A stretch of DNA of 64,000 nucleotides from Octopus bimaculoides (GCF_001194135.2 NC_068990.1:66544928-66608927), one strand, 5' to 3'; positions 27,501 through 41,229 are shown, counted from the stretch's first letter. Notes: generated from the letters alone by a model not told the origin. Numbers and translations: made by a program.

Positions 27501-28479
27501 AGGTTGACGATGATGATGATGTTGCTTCTGCTGCTATTGCTGCTGATGACTAGTGTTCTGCGTTAAAGTTTTCATATCGAATTAACGTATTTACTCGTGC
27601 ATAACTCGCACTTATATATACAATGTACCCGTAAATTAGTGTTAAATTCTGGACAAATTTGTCTCTCCGTAGTTTTAGCTTTGCTCCACAGTTTTTTTCA
27701 GTTAAAATCAAATATATAGACAAATAAATTCGGTGCATGTCACATTTAGAAATTACTTGTCTTTCTCTATATTTTTGAAATGTAGCAAATATTCTGAAAG
27801 GAAACACCCATGGAATAAATTGTTCAAGAGATTCTCTACAGTATAAGGCTAGAAATGATTTTCACCTGAAGGATTTAATAAGTATATTTTGCCACTCTAT
27901 AAGACTGCGTGTTTATACTTTATCAGTTATTGTGGCTGATTCATAGTTCATAGTCCAATAAGAACTGCTTGTCTTGAATGTAAATAGTAAAAAATAAACT
28001 TGATATTTTGTACACAACTTTGTCCAGCTTGAATTAATCGATTAAGGGCATATAGAGATATATGTATGTATTTGCCTGAGTGTTTGTATATGGTAGCATT
28101 AAATGCATGTATAATATTATATTTCTCGTTGTTTGCGTGACTGGTCACATATTTGCTGACATAAGAGAAAACGACAAAAAGAGTGAGAAATTATAAGAAG
28201 GGCAATGGTCAGAAAGTTTACAGTAATAGTGTGACAAGGATAATAGTGGCGGTGACGGTAATGAAAGGGTAGATGATATAAGAAAATCTTTTATTAATTC
28301 CTTCATATTAGTTTTGCTATAAAGTCTGTTAACTCTTAACTACTGATTCAAGGAAATAACCATAAAAATTTCGCATATCCATGCATATAAATGCACATAC
28401 ATAGTGTATAATATATATATATGTATACACAGAGTATATAATATATATATTTATATGTATGGACATACATATGTATATA

Positions 28480-28510
<31 letters not shown>

Positions 28511-28737
28511 ATGTGCAATAGTATATACACAGAAGGTTGAGGTAGAGTAGGGGCAGTTCTGTGAGCAGTCAATGTCTAAACACAAATAAACTGCTATCTT
28601 TTTTTCCTTTATGTAATAAATACACCAATCTATTCTAACCAGCGTATTCAGCTGTATATCAGATAAAGTTTGTACTATGTAAAATATATATTTATATATA
28701 TTTCGTAACACATTAGGATCTAAGATCAAAATTTAGA

Positions 28738-28780
<43 letters not shown>

Positions 28781-29357
28781 NNNNNNNNNNATATATATAT
28801 ATATATATATATATATAGTTTTCGAATAACAGAAACGTTTATACATTCATTCAAAAAGTATTCTTTGTGTTGACTGTAATTTCATCAAACGACATCGGTT
28901 ATATTACACCACAAAATCCTTCACTTCTTTTTGCTGAACTGCTTTATTTATTTATCTATTTATTTATCTATTTATTTATTTGTAGTTACTTTCCTTTTTA
29001 TTTCACCTTTTTCTCTGTCTCTCAATTTTCAATAATTTTTGTCGTCTTCTGTTTTGCTGAGATTTCCATATTATACTCTGACAAGCTGCTGTCAACTGAT
29101 GCGGTAGACATGTACTTTGGTTGAAACATGTTTTAAAGTAGTGATTGCCTATAACAAATTCCAACAACTATTTAGCATGTAATTCGCAAACATGTAAAGT
29201 ATAATTGAATACCATTATTTTGTATAAAAATATGGAGATGGTTTTACTTACTGAGCAATCAGATTAGCTATTCATATGGGCATCAAATTTAAGGTATAAA
29301 CGTGTTATGCATTTACTCTATTTGCATAGTTATTCATGTAAAATCATATTCACTTAA

Positions 29358-29690
29358 GGCGCGTGGCACTATGGTTAAAGCCTCGGGTTCGCAATCATGA
29401 GGTAGTGATTTCAATTTGAGGATCGGGCTGTGTATTGTGTTCTTGAGCGAAATACTTTATTTTACGTTGCTCCTGTTCACTTAACTGTAGAAATAAGTTG
29501 CGACGTCGCTGGTGCTAAGCTGTATCGGCCTTCTTTGAACGATACTGGTGGTGCAGAGAGGAGAGACTGGCATGCATGGGTGACTGCTGGTCTTCCATAA
29601 AAACAACTTTGCCCAGACTTGTGCCGCGGAGGGTAATTTTTTATGTGCAATCCCATGATTATTCATGACCGAAGGGGGGGGGGTCTTTAT
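29358..29690 (+). mobile_element. tRNA-head SINE family D variant
   Basis: ggcgcgtggcactatggttaaag...ttgtgttcttgagcgaaatactttattttacgttgctcctgttcac. Confidence 0.7.
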
Positions 29691-29769
29691 TCTTTACCCT
29701 ATAGTCACTTCCATCATAATATGAGAGAGATAGAGAACCAGTCTGAATATCAACTAGTTTAACAGTTTA

Positions 29770-30060
29770 TATAGTAACAGCTTAGGGTTTGTTGGCCTGC
29801 AGATTTTTGATACTTTACAAAAAAGCCTCAGAATGTAGATGTGGATATTTTCAAAGAACAAAACAAATTGACAAATTTTTATCAAATATACCAGATGACC
29901 CATATCTCGACAATAAACATAAAGAGCAGCTCTGTGCAACTCACTACTTCATCGGGAATGATTCCGGTGAAAGAAGCAGACATGAGTCTAAAATAAGCAA
30001 GCATTAGCGCTAATGGCAATGCACCAGCATGACCAAAGCTCCTGGATGAAACTAATAAAA
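29770..30060 (+). mobile_element. CR1-like LINE 3' end fragment
   Basis: IDKFLSNIPDDP motif, then a UTR ending ccagcatgaccaaagc like 37631-37655. Confidence 0.6.
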
Positions 30061-30734
30061 TATTAGAATTATAGATTGATAGTTTATATTAAAGTTAGGT
30101 GATAGCAATGTTAAATGTTCTCGTTCATAAAACCTGAACATATACTCTGTTTTAGTAAATGGTGCTGTTTATATATTTAAAATATGCCGCTTACGTATGC
30201 ACCTAAAGTTAGGTTGTATCATATGAAGGAGATTTTATGTGATCGCTCAACCTGCTAGGAATAAGAGCGAAGTCTACCTCAAATTAAACGCTTCCATCTT
30301 TTAATAAAGGGGAGGCATATTGAATTATGTATTACTATATACCCAAGGCTTGATATAGTACAGGACTTGGGTTATGGAAGAAACTCTTTTGATCTTAAGA
30401 TTTGTTTATTTAGGAATGACCTGCAGTTATATAAATAACATACCAACTCTCAGGTTCTGTCTAGTTTTAATTACAAAGCTCCGACCGATCAGAGTTTATG
30501 GAACAAGAAAACTCTCCCAAGGAACGGCGCAGTGTGATAGAACTTAGAATGACATGACTGCGAACCGAATTTGTTAAACACATGGTAATGTCATCTAAAT
30601 ATAAAAGAAATGTAAAGGTTACAGCTGTAACATTTTTGTTTACAAGCCTGTTCATTTAGGGCTAACCTAATACAACGCAACAACAGCTGGACCTACTTAC
30701 GGTTAACTTGCCTTTGCGGTACGTATCACGTTGA

Positions 30735-31956
30735 TACGAGGGTGGGCTGAAAAGTTCAAAGGCTGACTATGAAAGAATGGTGCAAGAGCTGTGAAATATT
30801 GCATGTATTAATTTCAACTCTTCTTACTAATAAATGCATTGTTTCTTTCCAGTTAAATTGACATCTAACCGCTCAAAGAACAATTCAAAATTAACGAATA
30901 GCGACATCTCTTGAAAATGGACAAAATTTAACACCGTGGTGTCATCAAATACTTGCAGAAAAAGAGTTTAGCCCTCAACGAAATACAGGCTAACATGGTT
31001 GCTACATTAGGGGACGGTACTCCAGCTTTATCAACAGTGCAAAAGTTTAGGAGGGGAAGAGAGAATTTTGAAAATGACCTAAGGCCTGGATTTCCTGCAA
31101 CTGCTACCACCGAGGAAAGCATTGATCGTTTTCACCACATGCTAATGGATGACAGGCGATTGATAATAAGTCAAATAGTTAACGCTATTAGCATATCCAG
31201 TGAGAGAGCTGAAAATATTCTGCCCAATGAACATGGAATGATGAAGGTTTCTGCTCAGTGGGTGCTACATCTGACAACGGATCAAAAGTGCACCAGAATG
31301 ATCAGACTGCGCGAAAATCTGACAATAAGGCAGCTGGTTTCCTTGACTATTTCCTAAACCAGGAGCAGCGTTGGCTTCCACCCTTTGAGCCAGAGACAAA
31401 GAGACAATCATTGCAGTGCAAGCTTTAACGAAGGCCAAGGTCGTTTCATCTGCAGGGAAGTTGATAGCCTCTGTTTTGAGGGATGCAAAAGCATCGTGTT
31501 TATCGGCTATTTTCAAAAGGGCCATACCATTAATGGGGAGTATTATGCCAACTTGCTGAGGTATTTACGAAAGTAAATCAAAACCAAAACCCCATGAAAA
31601 CTGACAAAAGATGTCTTATTTCGTCGGTACAATGCTCCAGCACATACGTATTTGGTTCCAATGGCTGCTGTGCATGACTGTAGCTTTGAACTGTTTGAGC
31701 ACCGTCTTTGACTATCATCTGTTCTCCAACATGAAAATAATGAAAATGCACTTGGCTGGGAAACAGTATCGCAGGGATGATGACGACATATCTGCTGTTG
31801 ATGAGTTTTTGACCAACAAAATGAAAGCTTCTTCACCAATGGAATCGAAGCATTCCAACACCGATGGAAGAATTGTGTGAACTGCAAGAGGGACTATGTT
31901 GAAACATAAACCTCATTTAGTCACATTCCATGAGAGAATCTTGGTCTGTCGTCGTA
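30735..31956 (+). mobile_element. Mariner (Tc1/mariner) transposon, near full length, pseudogenised
   Basis: TA plus 5' TIR cgagggtgggctgaaaagttc; MDKI*HRGVIKYLQKK, KVSAQWVLHL (WVPHL), NAPAH, DYHLFSNMK, FQHRWKNCV..KRDYVE; right TIR largely deleted (ends gtcgta). Confidence 0.9.
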
Positions 31957-32530
31957 ACTGATTGGGATGGGGGAAAAGGATCTGCGATTGCATATTATTA
32001 CCGCTTTTCATTTGAATATTCATGTACCCACCCCTTATTTTATGATACAACCTCCTGCTTTTTAAGATTAACTAAATTAAAATCTTCCATCAAAATTACA
32101 CACACACACACACACCCACACCCACACCCACACACACACCCACACATCCACACACACACAGACCCCCCCCACACACACACACATTTCAAACAGCTTAATA
32201 ATGGCAAACTTATTTTACTGAATTTTTTGAAAGTTTCAAACTTAAATCTAGCCATTGCAATAACATAGTAACAAGAAGGGTTAAACTGAACCAAACCATG
32301 GAAAATAGAAGACCAAGTATCCCAAATTCTTTGAAGGTTATCAGGTGCAATAGTTGAAGGTTTCTAATTCTGTGCCAAAGTAAATACTTTACGATCGAAT
32401 CTTGACCTCGACCTAATAATATAAAGAAAAACAGAATCCAAACAAACAATCGGACAACATACGGATATTAATGGTAATTCGATTTTCAACTTCATTGCGT
32501 AGATGCCATTCCTAGATATAGCGTCATTAA

Positions 32531-32770
<240 letters not shown>

Positions 32771-33015
32771 GTATTAATAATCATAAGGAGAAAGTAATAG
32801 TATTAATACTATTAATACTGTTAGTCTACGGAAAATATGCAATCCTGTATAGGATACTCGGATTTACCCTGCAAGAAAAGTTACCAGAGCCTAACAACTT
32901 ATTGTTAGCTCGGACACCACAAAAGGACCGTTGTGGTTAGCCGGGATAGAAAACCGACTTCAGAGAAAGCACGGTAACCACCTGATATGATATATCCCTT
33001 TATACTCATTTTGGG

Positions 33016-33053
<38 letters not shown>

Positions 33054-33211
33054 ATCATTATACATGTGTATATATACATATAATATACATACACATCCAC
33101 ATATATACACGAACCTGACATATGTAAATAGACACACATATCATCGTTAAAATTTGTTTAAATCTCAAAATATACATTCAAGTTATTTATAAAATATTAC
33201 AATGTGAATAT

Positions 33212-33675
33212 CTAATATTTAGTAAACATGCCCTTTGCATTTTTCGGTGCAAGTAACCTATTAGGCAAGCTACTAATCTCATGAATGAATATTTTCTTGA
33301 GGAATTTCTTGCCAAGTTTCATGAAGTAATCTCAAAGGATCTAGCTTTCAAGATATTTTCTTTTTCTTTTTCTGAATTGTTCAGCCCATTATGCCCCAGG
33401 GGTGTTGAATGGGGTTCCTATCTGGTGACTAGCTTGGCCACGGATGCTTTTTAATGCCATTGTCTTCCAACCAATCTTGAGTCTTTTTAGCTGTGTGACA
33501 AGGAGCCCCATTTTCTATAAATAAAGAGTCTTTCTTAATCATTTAACCACTGGAGAAGATTGGAAGGAATCCTTACTGCAATATAGATACATATTTATCT
33601 GGGTTTATGTTTCCTTCACACTCCACCAGCTCTGATCGAACATTGATCCAAATTGCTCCACAGACCATCTGCGAA
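33212..33675 (-). mobile_element. Tc1-type transposase C-terminal fragment (DD34E region)
   Basis: MVCGAIW..., ENGAPCHTAKKTQDWLEDNGI..WPS*SPDRNPIQHPWG, ETWQEIPQENI..SLPNRL..AKGMFTKY*. Confidence 0.85.
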
Positions 33676-34202
33676 TAGTAATATATATATATATATTTGA
33701 CAATTAAGTTGTCATCCCTTCTTATACGCATGTATATANNNNNNNNNNTATATATATATATACATATATATGTACGTATTTATATGCATTCATATATAAG
33801 CATTTACGGTATACCTGTATACCTATGCGTATGTTGGTTCGAGTATATATAGGAAGTACACATATATGAAGATGTATACGAATAAGTAGCTATGTATGCC
33901 TGTACGTAAGTGTGTGGTCGCGTGCACATGAGTATTTACTGGTAAATGAAAGTCAATCATATCACTGGTTATACAAATATGATTTACTTCTAACGATTTT
34001 CTTTTCTTCTTACAACATCGATTGTAACAGTAGCTACATTGAGTGTAAACTAAACCCAACGGGAGCTACGTGAGTTTTTGACTATATTACTAGCTTAGAA
34101 TGTATGTGTGTGTCTGAGTATAAAAGTGTGTTTAATATTCGGTGTTATCCAGTGTGTGAGTCCGTGTGTGTGGGTATACACACACATATATAAATACACA
34201 TG

Positions 34203-34249
<47 letters not shown>

Positions 34250-34419
34250 TATATATGTATGTATACATATATACACACACACAAAGACACGCACCCATTT
34301 ACTGGCTAACATCTAATATATGTATGTGTGGGTGCGGGGTGTGGTACGTGCGTGTGGATAGTTCGATAGATAGATAGATGGATAAAGTTAAAGATATATA
34401 AACAAACACNNNNNNNNNN

Positions 34420-34451
<32 letters not shown>

Positions 34452-35479
34452 CAAGAATAAGGGCAGGGAATCGTCAATTAATATATATATATATATATAT
34501 AGATAGATAGATATATATATATACGCATGCACACACACACATACACACGCACGCACACACACACATACACACCCATACATATATTAATGTGTATGTGTGT
34601 GTGTGTGTATGCACTTATGTCTTTGTGTATGTACGTGGAGCTGTGTTGTGGATATGTGGGTACATATTATATGTAGGTACATGTCTACGTTTTGGGTGTG
34701 TGCCCATGAACAGACGCGCGCGCAACACACAGACACATATATTCATACACATATATGCGCACACACATGTAAAAGTATATATATAGATATATGTGTGTGT
34801 GCGTGCGTGTGTGTGTGCCCACGCGCCCGCGTCTGTGTGTTCATTCACATAGCAACATAGAAAAGTGAATGTGTATATTATATTCTTCTCCGCAGTTGCT
34901 AAATGTGTTTCGTCGAAACCTGCATATTTAATCTATTCATATATTCTGACCAATAGTTGTTAATTTTTCAGAAGCACTGATGCATTAGACGGCTTCAGCG
35001 AGGTTTATTCCTAGAAATATTCCCGTTGGTGTTATATGTTTGCAGATTGAATCAACTAATATCACTGCTAAATATAACGAAAACGAAAAAGAAACAAAAT
35101 ACAGAAAAATCCACTCGCACGCACAAACACACGCACGCACACACACACATACACACACAAATGTATGCATGCATACATACATATACATACGTACATACAT
35201 ACCTACATACATACATACATACACACATATATCTGACAAATGAAAAATTAACGTCATGTTTGTTTCTTTTGACTGGGCAAAATGCCAGATTTTTGTATGT
35301 GATATAATGTAGCTGCTGTTGTTTGCATTGGACTTTATATTAAAGCTAATTCTTTTTTTGGATCCCATGGGAGTAAAACCTGTATGGTTGTCAATGCTCG
35401 AATTTGAACTCTTAATGTATACATTCAAAAGTATGTGCGATTACTTTTTTGGTGGTGGTAGTGTACTTTTGTGAGGAAG

Positions 35480-35990
35480 AAAGACAGAGTTCCTGACCCT
35501 TTAGAGAGCCTACGAGACTTGTGAGAGAGGTGACAGGAAAGTTTGCCACAGAGCAAGGTGTGAAGTTGTGGTGTTAAATCGAGGGACAAATTAAGTCTAC
35601 TACCTTTGTATTTGCTTGTGAAACATGGCACCTGAAAACCTGCCAAATAAAAGAACCTAGACACTTTTGAAAGCAGATGCTTCCTAATAATACTAGATAT
35701 CAAATGGAACGATTTTATCAGTAATGAGGAAGGTTAGAACCAGCTCCATCACCCTCACTACCTGCAAGTGTCAACCGAGTTAGTTTGGGGCACGTAAGAC
35801 TCCCGACAAACAGCAACGCTAATCAAGTCTTTAAGTGAAAACCTCAGGGGCAATAGTTCATGAGGGTTCCAAGATAAACTGGCATCAGACAATTGATAGG
35901 GACTTTCAGCTGTTATACCTATGATGGGGCGCCGCTAAAATCACCCAAATTGTCAAATGGTGATGTTAAACCGCGAAAAATTAAGTTCAG
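35480..35990 (+). mobile_element. RTE-clade LINE fragment (post-RT region)
   Basis: FVFACETWHLKTCQIK, TFESRCFLIILDIKWNDFISNEE, KINWHQTIDRDFQ, spread across frameshifts. Confidence 0.7.
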
Positions 35991-36225
35991 TTTACCAAAG
36001 TATAAACTCAACATACAAGTTTCCGAACCAAACATCGCTATGCATCCGTCGTTCTTTTTAAATTTCTCCCAATCAACCACCCAAGAAGAACATTTTCTGC
36101 ATCTATCTTTTACTCTTTTATCCACTTATACTTCTCACTCTATATGTGCTATCAAAAACGTGACTAGAAAAATCAAGCAAGCAACTAAAGTTACCGAGCA
36201 ACCAACCAAACTCGGATACAAAGAT

Positions 36226-36258
<33 letters not shown>

Positions 36259-36261
36259 TAA

Positions 36262-37660
36262 AGTAATCAAGTCCTATGCATAGCACACGCCGAAACCCTT
36301 CTGAGCCCTGATATAGAGGATGGAGGAGTACCAAAATATACCATACAGCGAACAGACAGATCGGAAAAGAGCCATGCGGATTAGCTGTATACTTCCGTGA
36401 GGACCTCACACCCAACGACCTAATGTCATACTCAAATTGTGACACTCGAGTTGTATACATAAGACAACATAATATAGTCATATGCAATGCACATCGCCCA
36501 CCGGATGCACCAAACTACATAGAGAAGTTTGAAGATTGCCTCACAAGAATAAAAGAAATCCACATGAAACTGGAACATCATGTGAGCGTGTTTCTTATCG
36601 GTGATTTCAACTTCCCCAATGTCAAATGGCCCGAAGGCCTCATGCTCTCACGAATGACTCATTGCAAACAAGTACAGGTGGAGTCTATGCTCAACTTCAC
36701 CAATGCCCTATTCATGGAGCAAGTTGTGCTCAGTCCAACTAGGGAAAATAACACATTGGATCACTGCTTCAGAAACAATATGGACATCTTTCATAATGTG
36801 AAAGTGATGCCGACATCAGTTTCGGATCACAGCATAATAGAGCTGTCTATGTATGGACCAAAAGTAGCCATAGACATATAGCCTAAAGGAAGCATCCAAA
36901 ATCTCTCCTATCTGAACTTCCACAAAGCAGACTGGAAATCGATCCAAAAAGAGATCCTCAGCCAGGACTGGCCGAAATGTCTCTCCACATCAGACATTGC
37001 ATGAAACTGAAATATTTCATGTCTGATGGATCCTGAGAACCTTCAGAACCAGAGAGAAGGAAACCATGATGGTTCTGAGCCGCCTGGACTACTGATCCCA
37101 GCTATGGTCACCCCAAAGTGTAAAATTATCAGCGGACCTTGAAGCAATTCAGCGATGATTCACAAAGACGATCGTCTCATTGCAACAGCTTAGCTACTGT
37201 GAAAGGCTGAAGCAGCAAAGACTCTACTCTCTGGAGCGAAGACGGGAGAGATATGCAGTAATATCCATCTGGAAGATCCTGGAAGGGATTGTGCCAAAGT
37301 TTGGCACTGAAAGCTACGCAAATGCCAGAACGCGTCGACACTGCACAGTGGCAAAGATCCCAGAAATGCCGTCGCGCTTCAGGACCAGTTACTGCAACGG
37401 CCTGGGTTTCAGCGGCCACAGCTTTTTAATAATCTCCCAAGAAGCTAGAGGGACCTACACAAAGTGGATGTAGGTGCTTTCAAATCAAAAGTGGGTCTCT
37501 TCCCGTCGAGAGTCTCAGATGAACCTACCTCGTGGCAAGAGGCGCAAATGCGGGTAACGACATCAAACCCCCTTATTCACCAAGTGCCACATATCAGAGG
37601 AGGTCCTCGGTGATAAAATTGGGGCAAAACGGCGGTTCCCAGCATAACCACAGCTTTGAT
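36262..37660 (+). mobile_element. CR1-like LINE deletion derivative: APE endonuclease joined to the post-RT 3' end
   Basis: HRPPD, LIGDFNFP, PTRENNTLD, SDHSII, LNFHKADW; then SRLDY*SQLWSP, LSYCERLKQQRLYSLERRRERY, PDEP. Confidence 0.88.
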
Positions 37661-37669
37661 CTCAAATTG

Positions 37670-37708
<39 letters not shown>

Positions 37709-38630
37709 NNNNNNNNNNNNNNNNNNNNNNNNNNNNNNNNNNNNNNNNNNNNNNNNNNNNNNNNNNNNNNNNNNNNNNNNNNNNNNNNNNNNNNNNNNNN
37801 NNNNNNNNNNNNNNNNNNNNNNNNNNNNNNNNNNNNNNNNNNNNNNNNNNNNNNNNNNNNNNNNNNNNNNNNNNNNNNNNNNNNNNNNNNNNNNNNNNNN
37901 NNNNNNNNNNNNNNNNNNNNNNNNNNNNNNNNNNNNNNNNNNNNNNNNNNNNNNNNNNNNNNNNNNNNNNNNNNNNNNNNNNNNNNNNNNNNNNNNNNNN
38001 NNNNNNNNNNNNNNNNNNNNNNNNNNNNNNNNNNNNNNNNNNNNNNNNNNNNNNNNNNNNNNNNNNNNNNNNNNNNNNNNNNNNNNNNNNNNNNNNNNNN
38101 NNNNNNNNNNNNNNNNNNNNNNNNNNNNNNNNNNNNNNNNNNNNNNNNNNNNNNNNNNNNNNNNNNNNNNNNNNNNNNNNNNNNNNNNNNNNNNNNNNNN
38201 NNNNNNNNNNNNNNNNNNNNNNNNNNNNNNNNNNNNNNNNNNNNNNNNNNNNNNNNNNNNNNNNNNNNNNNNNNNNNNNNNNNNNNNNNNNNNNNNNNNN
38301 NNNNNNNNNNNNNNNNNNNNNNNNNNNNNNNNNNNNNNNNNNNNNNNNNNNNNNNNNNNNNNNNNNNNNNNNNNNNNNNNNNNNNNNNNNNNNNNNNNNN
38401 NNNNNNNNNNNNNNNNNNNNNNNNNNNNNNNNNNNNNNNNNNNNNNNNNNNNNNNNNNNNNNNNNNNNNNNNNNNNNNNNNNNNNNNNNNNNNNNNNNNN
38501 NNNNNNNNNNNNNNNNNNNNNNNNNNNNNNNNNNNNNNNNNNNNNNNNNGTGACTTTTGGCCAATCTTGGATAAATATTGGGGGAGAATTCACAAAAAAC
38601 AAAAAACAAAAAAAAAAAACAAAAGTCGAA

Positions 38631-38750
38631 GACAGGTGGTGAAGACAACAAACAGATGTATTAATTTAACGCTCGGGAAGTGAAAAAGTCTTTAACGTTT
38701 CGAGCCTACGCTCTTCCACAGAAAGGAACACAGAAAGAAACAAGGAGAGA
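38631..38750 (-). repeat. Dispersed repeat with a minimal hammerhead-like motif
   Basis: Minus strand 38726-38688: CCTTT CTGTGGA A GAGC GTAG GCTC GAAAC GTT AAAG. Confidence 0.6.
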
Positions 38751-38889
38751 AAATAACGAACTGCTGCACAATCTTTTGAGCCACGCACAAAAAGTCTCTT
38801 GCTCGTCAGCTGCCTTGCGTATAACATCTGAAGAGCACACTGCATTTGTATATTTTCTCTTTGGAGACTATTGATGCCCTTCCTCAGGG

Positions 38890-39330
38890 AAGCATTTCTC
38901 TTTAAGGCCCCCTGCAGATTTGGCGGGAACTTGTGTGAATAAACCGGCAGTTTGTACCGTCTTCTCCATGCCAACATTTGCCTTGCAGATAAAATGTGCT
39001 TGTTCTTGATTTCACTGTAAATTTTTTTCTCTCCTCTAGAATTGCATATTCCGTTGGCGCCTCCATATTTGAGCTGTTTTTTTTTTTTGTGGTTCTGGTT
39101 TTCGGTTTTAGTTGTTTCATCTTTTTCTTTTCCTTTTTCTATCTTTCCCCCTTCCTGATTTCTGTTTGTGCACGTGGTCTTTCCTTCCTTTACACTTGCA
39201 TTCCTCTGGTTGTCCATTAGGGTTAGGGCTCCATTCCTTTGTAGGACCACTAGCATAGACGGACTTCTGGCTGTTGATTCTTCAGCTCCTCTATTCTTAT
39301 CGGCCTGTTTGTTCACAGGGGTAGGGGTTC
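38890..39330 (-). mobile_element. LINE ORF1-like fragment with a CCCH-type finger
   Basis: FYLQGKCWHGEDGTNCRFIH..QIC resembles the tandem CCCH fingers in some CR1-group ORF1 proteins. Confidence 0.4.
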
Positions 39331-39337
39331 CATTCTT

Positions 39338-39610
39338 GGCAAGAAATTAATTTCAGTTTTTTTAGTGTGAAATAAAAGTAATTTTTTTTTATACAAAGAG
39401 TGAACTTTAATTAATTATATATTTTTCATTTTGCCATGTTTCTGGCAACTGTATGATTCTGCTCTCATAGAACTTCTGGTCCTTATCAGCCAAAAACTGA
39501 AGCGAGTGCGATTTCATATCATCATCATTATTGAAAGTTTTACCATTCAAAGAATTTTGCAAACTTCGAAATAAATGGTAAGTTGATGGTGCAACATCAC
39601 GGTGCAACAG
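39338..39610 (-). mobile_element. Mariner 3' fragment with a degenerate TIR
   Basis: APSTYHLFRSLQNSLNGKTFNNDDDMKSH..DKDQKFYESRI.QLPETWQ (YSPDLAPSDYHLF region). Confidence 0.85.
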
Positions 39611-39859
39611 AACGCTAAGGAAATTATTAGTTTAAAAGAAGAGATAGCATGGTACCGTTGGCTACAGGTAGCAAGCCCACTACGCATGCAAAACTCGAGC
39701 AGTTCTAACAAAACCTGTTTCAGCAATCTCTAAAACACAGTTTCAGGCATTATCGTATATCCTCAAACTTTAAACAAGAGAGGTAAATGAACAGAACTAT
39801 CAAGATCGCTCCAAATGTTAGGGATCACCGTTACTAAGGATCTCTTTTGGTGAATACAC

Positions 39860-40040
39860 AACACGTCATAAACGCAGCGGAGACTGCATAACAAAGATTG
39901 TCCTTCTTCATTAGAACCGGAATATATTTCAGGTGGGTTTCACATGAGATTCTACAAAGATGATGTGAAAACCGCCCTAGATTATAGATGCCTGTTGCGC
40001 TTCGGTCACATAGCATTCTTGAAAGTTTTGTCATATTGCA
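39860..40040 (+). mobile_element. Possible degenerate mariner fragment (WVPHEL region)
   Basis: FRWVSHEIL at about 39929-39955. Confidence 0.3.
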
Positions 40041-41028
40041 GAATTCAGAAACGGGAAACCTACTTTCTTGTAGTCTTCCATGTTATAAAATAGAATGAGT
40101 TCAGACATAATAGTTTTCAAAAACACGAAAGGAAAAAACGTGAAAACATTGTAACTTTTCTATAAATGGATATAGATTTTTGCTATATGAAAAAACAGTA
40201 TGTATACATAAAAAACGTTTTAAAAGAAATACATTAAGAAATACAATAATATCATTGTAGCATATTTCCTCACGGTGAAATTGTTGCCTATTGTGTACTG
40301 AGAGGTGGTACAGTTGGAGACTTGGGGGAAGAAGTTCACTATCTTCTGCACCCTGTATATTATTGATTTCAACACCCGTTTAAGGGGTGAAGGCCTTAAC
40401 CGAAGTCGGTTAACGTTTACAATTCACCGTCCCTTTCTGTAACTCATTTTATCATTTAATTCGTATGCTACGTTCATAATTGGGACCGTTAGTTTTTCCT
40501 ATAATGTGCCAATCTCTTAGCCATATCTTCTTATTCTATGCCATTAACTGAATAAAAATGTTGTAGGTTCTTGCTCCTCAAATTGCTCTTATTCTAAAAC
40601 CTTGTGCTATTTTGACAGACTTTTTCTCTCAGATTCTAGTAACTTACCTTCATGCATTACCTTTTAGTACTTCAAATTCCAAATATTTTTTCACTTCAAC
40701 ACGTTGCTTAACTTCATGTACCCACCTGCAGGTTTACATCTCTACTAGAATGGTAATTCCGGGGCCTGTAGCTCTCAGGAGGAATGACCAAATATGTTTA
40801 AGCATACGAAAGAAATGTAAGAAATGAAAGAAATGTAAAAGAATGTAAGAGACGAACGAAATGTAAGAAATTCAATCACGAGAAGATAGAGATGTGTGTC
40901 GACTTGTTTGGGTTGAAGAGGACAGCTAACTAGATCAAAGAAGGGGAGATCTTTGTACCCAGTGAACCAGAGAGAAAGACTGCGGTGATTGTATTGTATT
41001 GACAGAAGATGAAATATTAATAGAAGAG

Positions 41029-41229
41029 TTAATGACTTGTAGGTACGTGGTATTTCGTTATGCAACCATAATATTTATTATAAATATATTAAGTGTTTTT
41101 ATAAGTCAGCACCACGACCTACTGCGATAGCAGTGTTTATTAAGTGGTGTTGACTTATAAGAGCATTTGATATACTTTATAGTATGTTATGGTTGCATAA
41201 AGAAATACCACGTACCTACATGACATTAA
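41029..41229. repeat. Imperfect inverted repeat (hairpin; MITE-like or local inversion)
   Basis: Arms 41029-41115 and 41144-41229, about 85% identical; 28-nt spacer. Confidence 0.9.

Noticed and set aside
37532-38683. Long ORFs (300-390 aa) here and at 56781-57956, 15445-16153, 17759-18261, 20389-21110, 23654-24274 and 55774-56371
   Set aside because: They consist of N gaps and dinucleotide repeats (X, HT, YI, CV runs).
38666-39316. 216-aa minus-strand ORF, the longest gap-free ORF
   Set aside because: It crosses the boundary between a LINE ORF1-like relic and an unrelated dispersed repeat, so it is a chance fusion with no coherent domain.
39915-39932. 18-nt microexon-like segment (cattag|...CAG|gtgggt)
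   Set aside because: It overlaps a mariner-like WVSHE motif; such short splice-site pairs arise often by chance.
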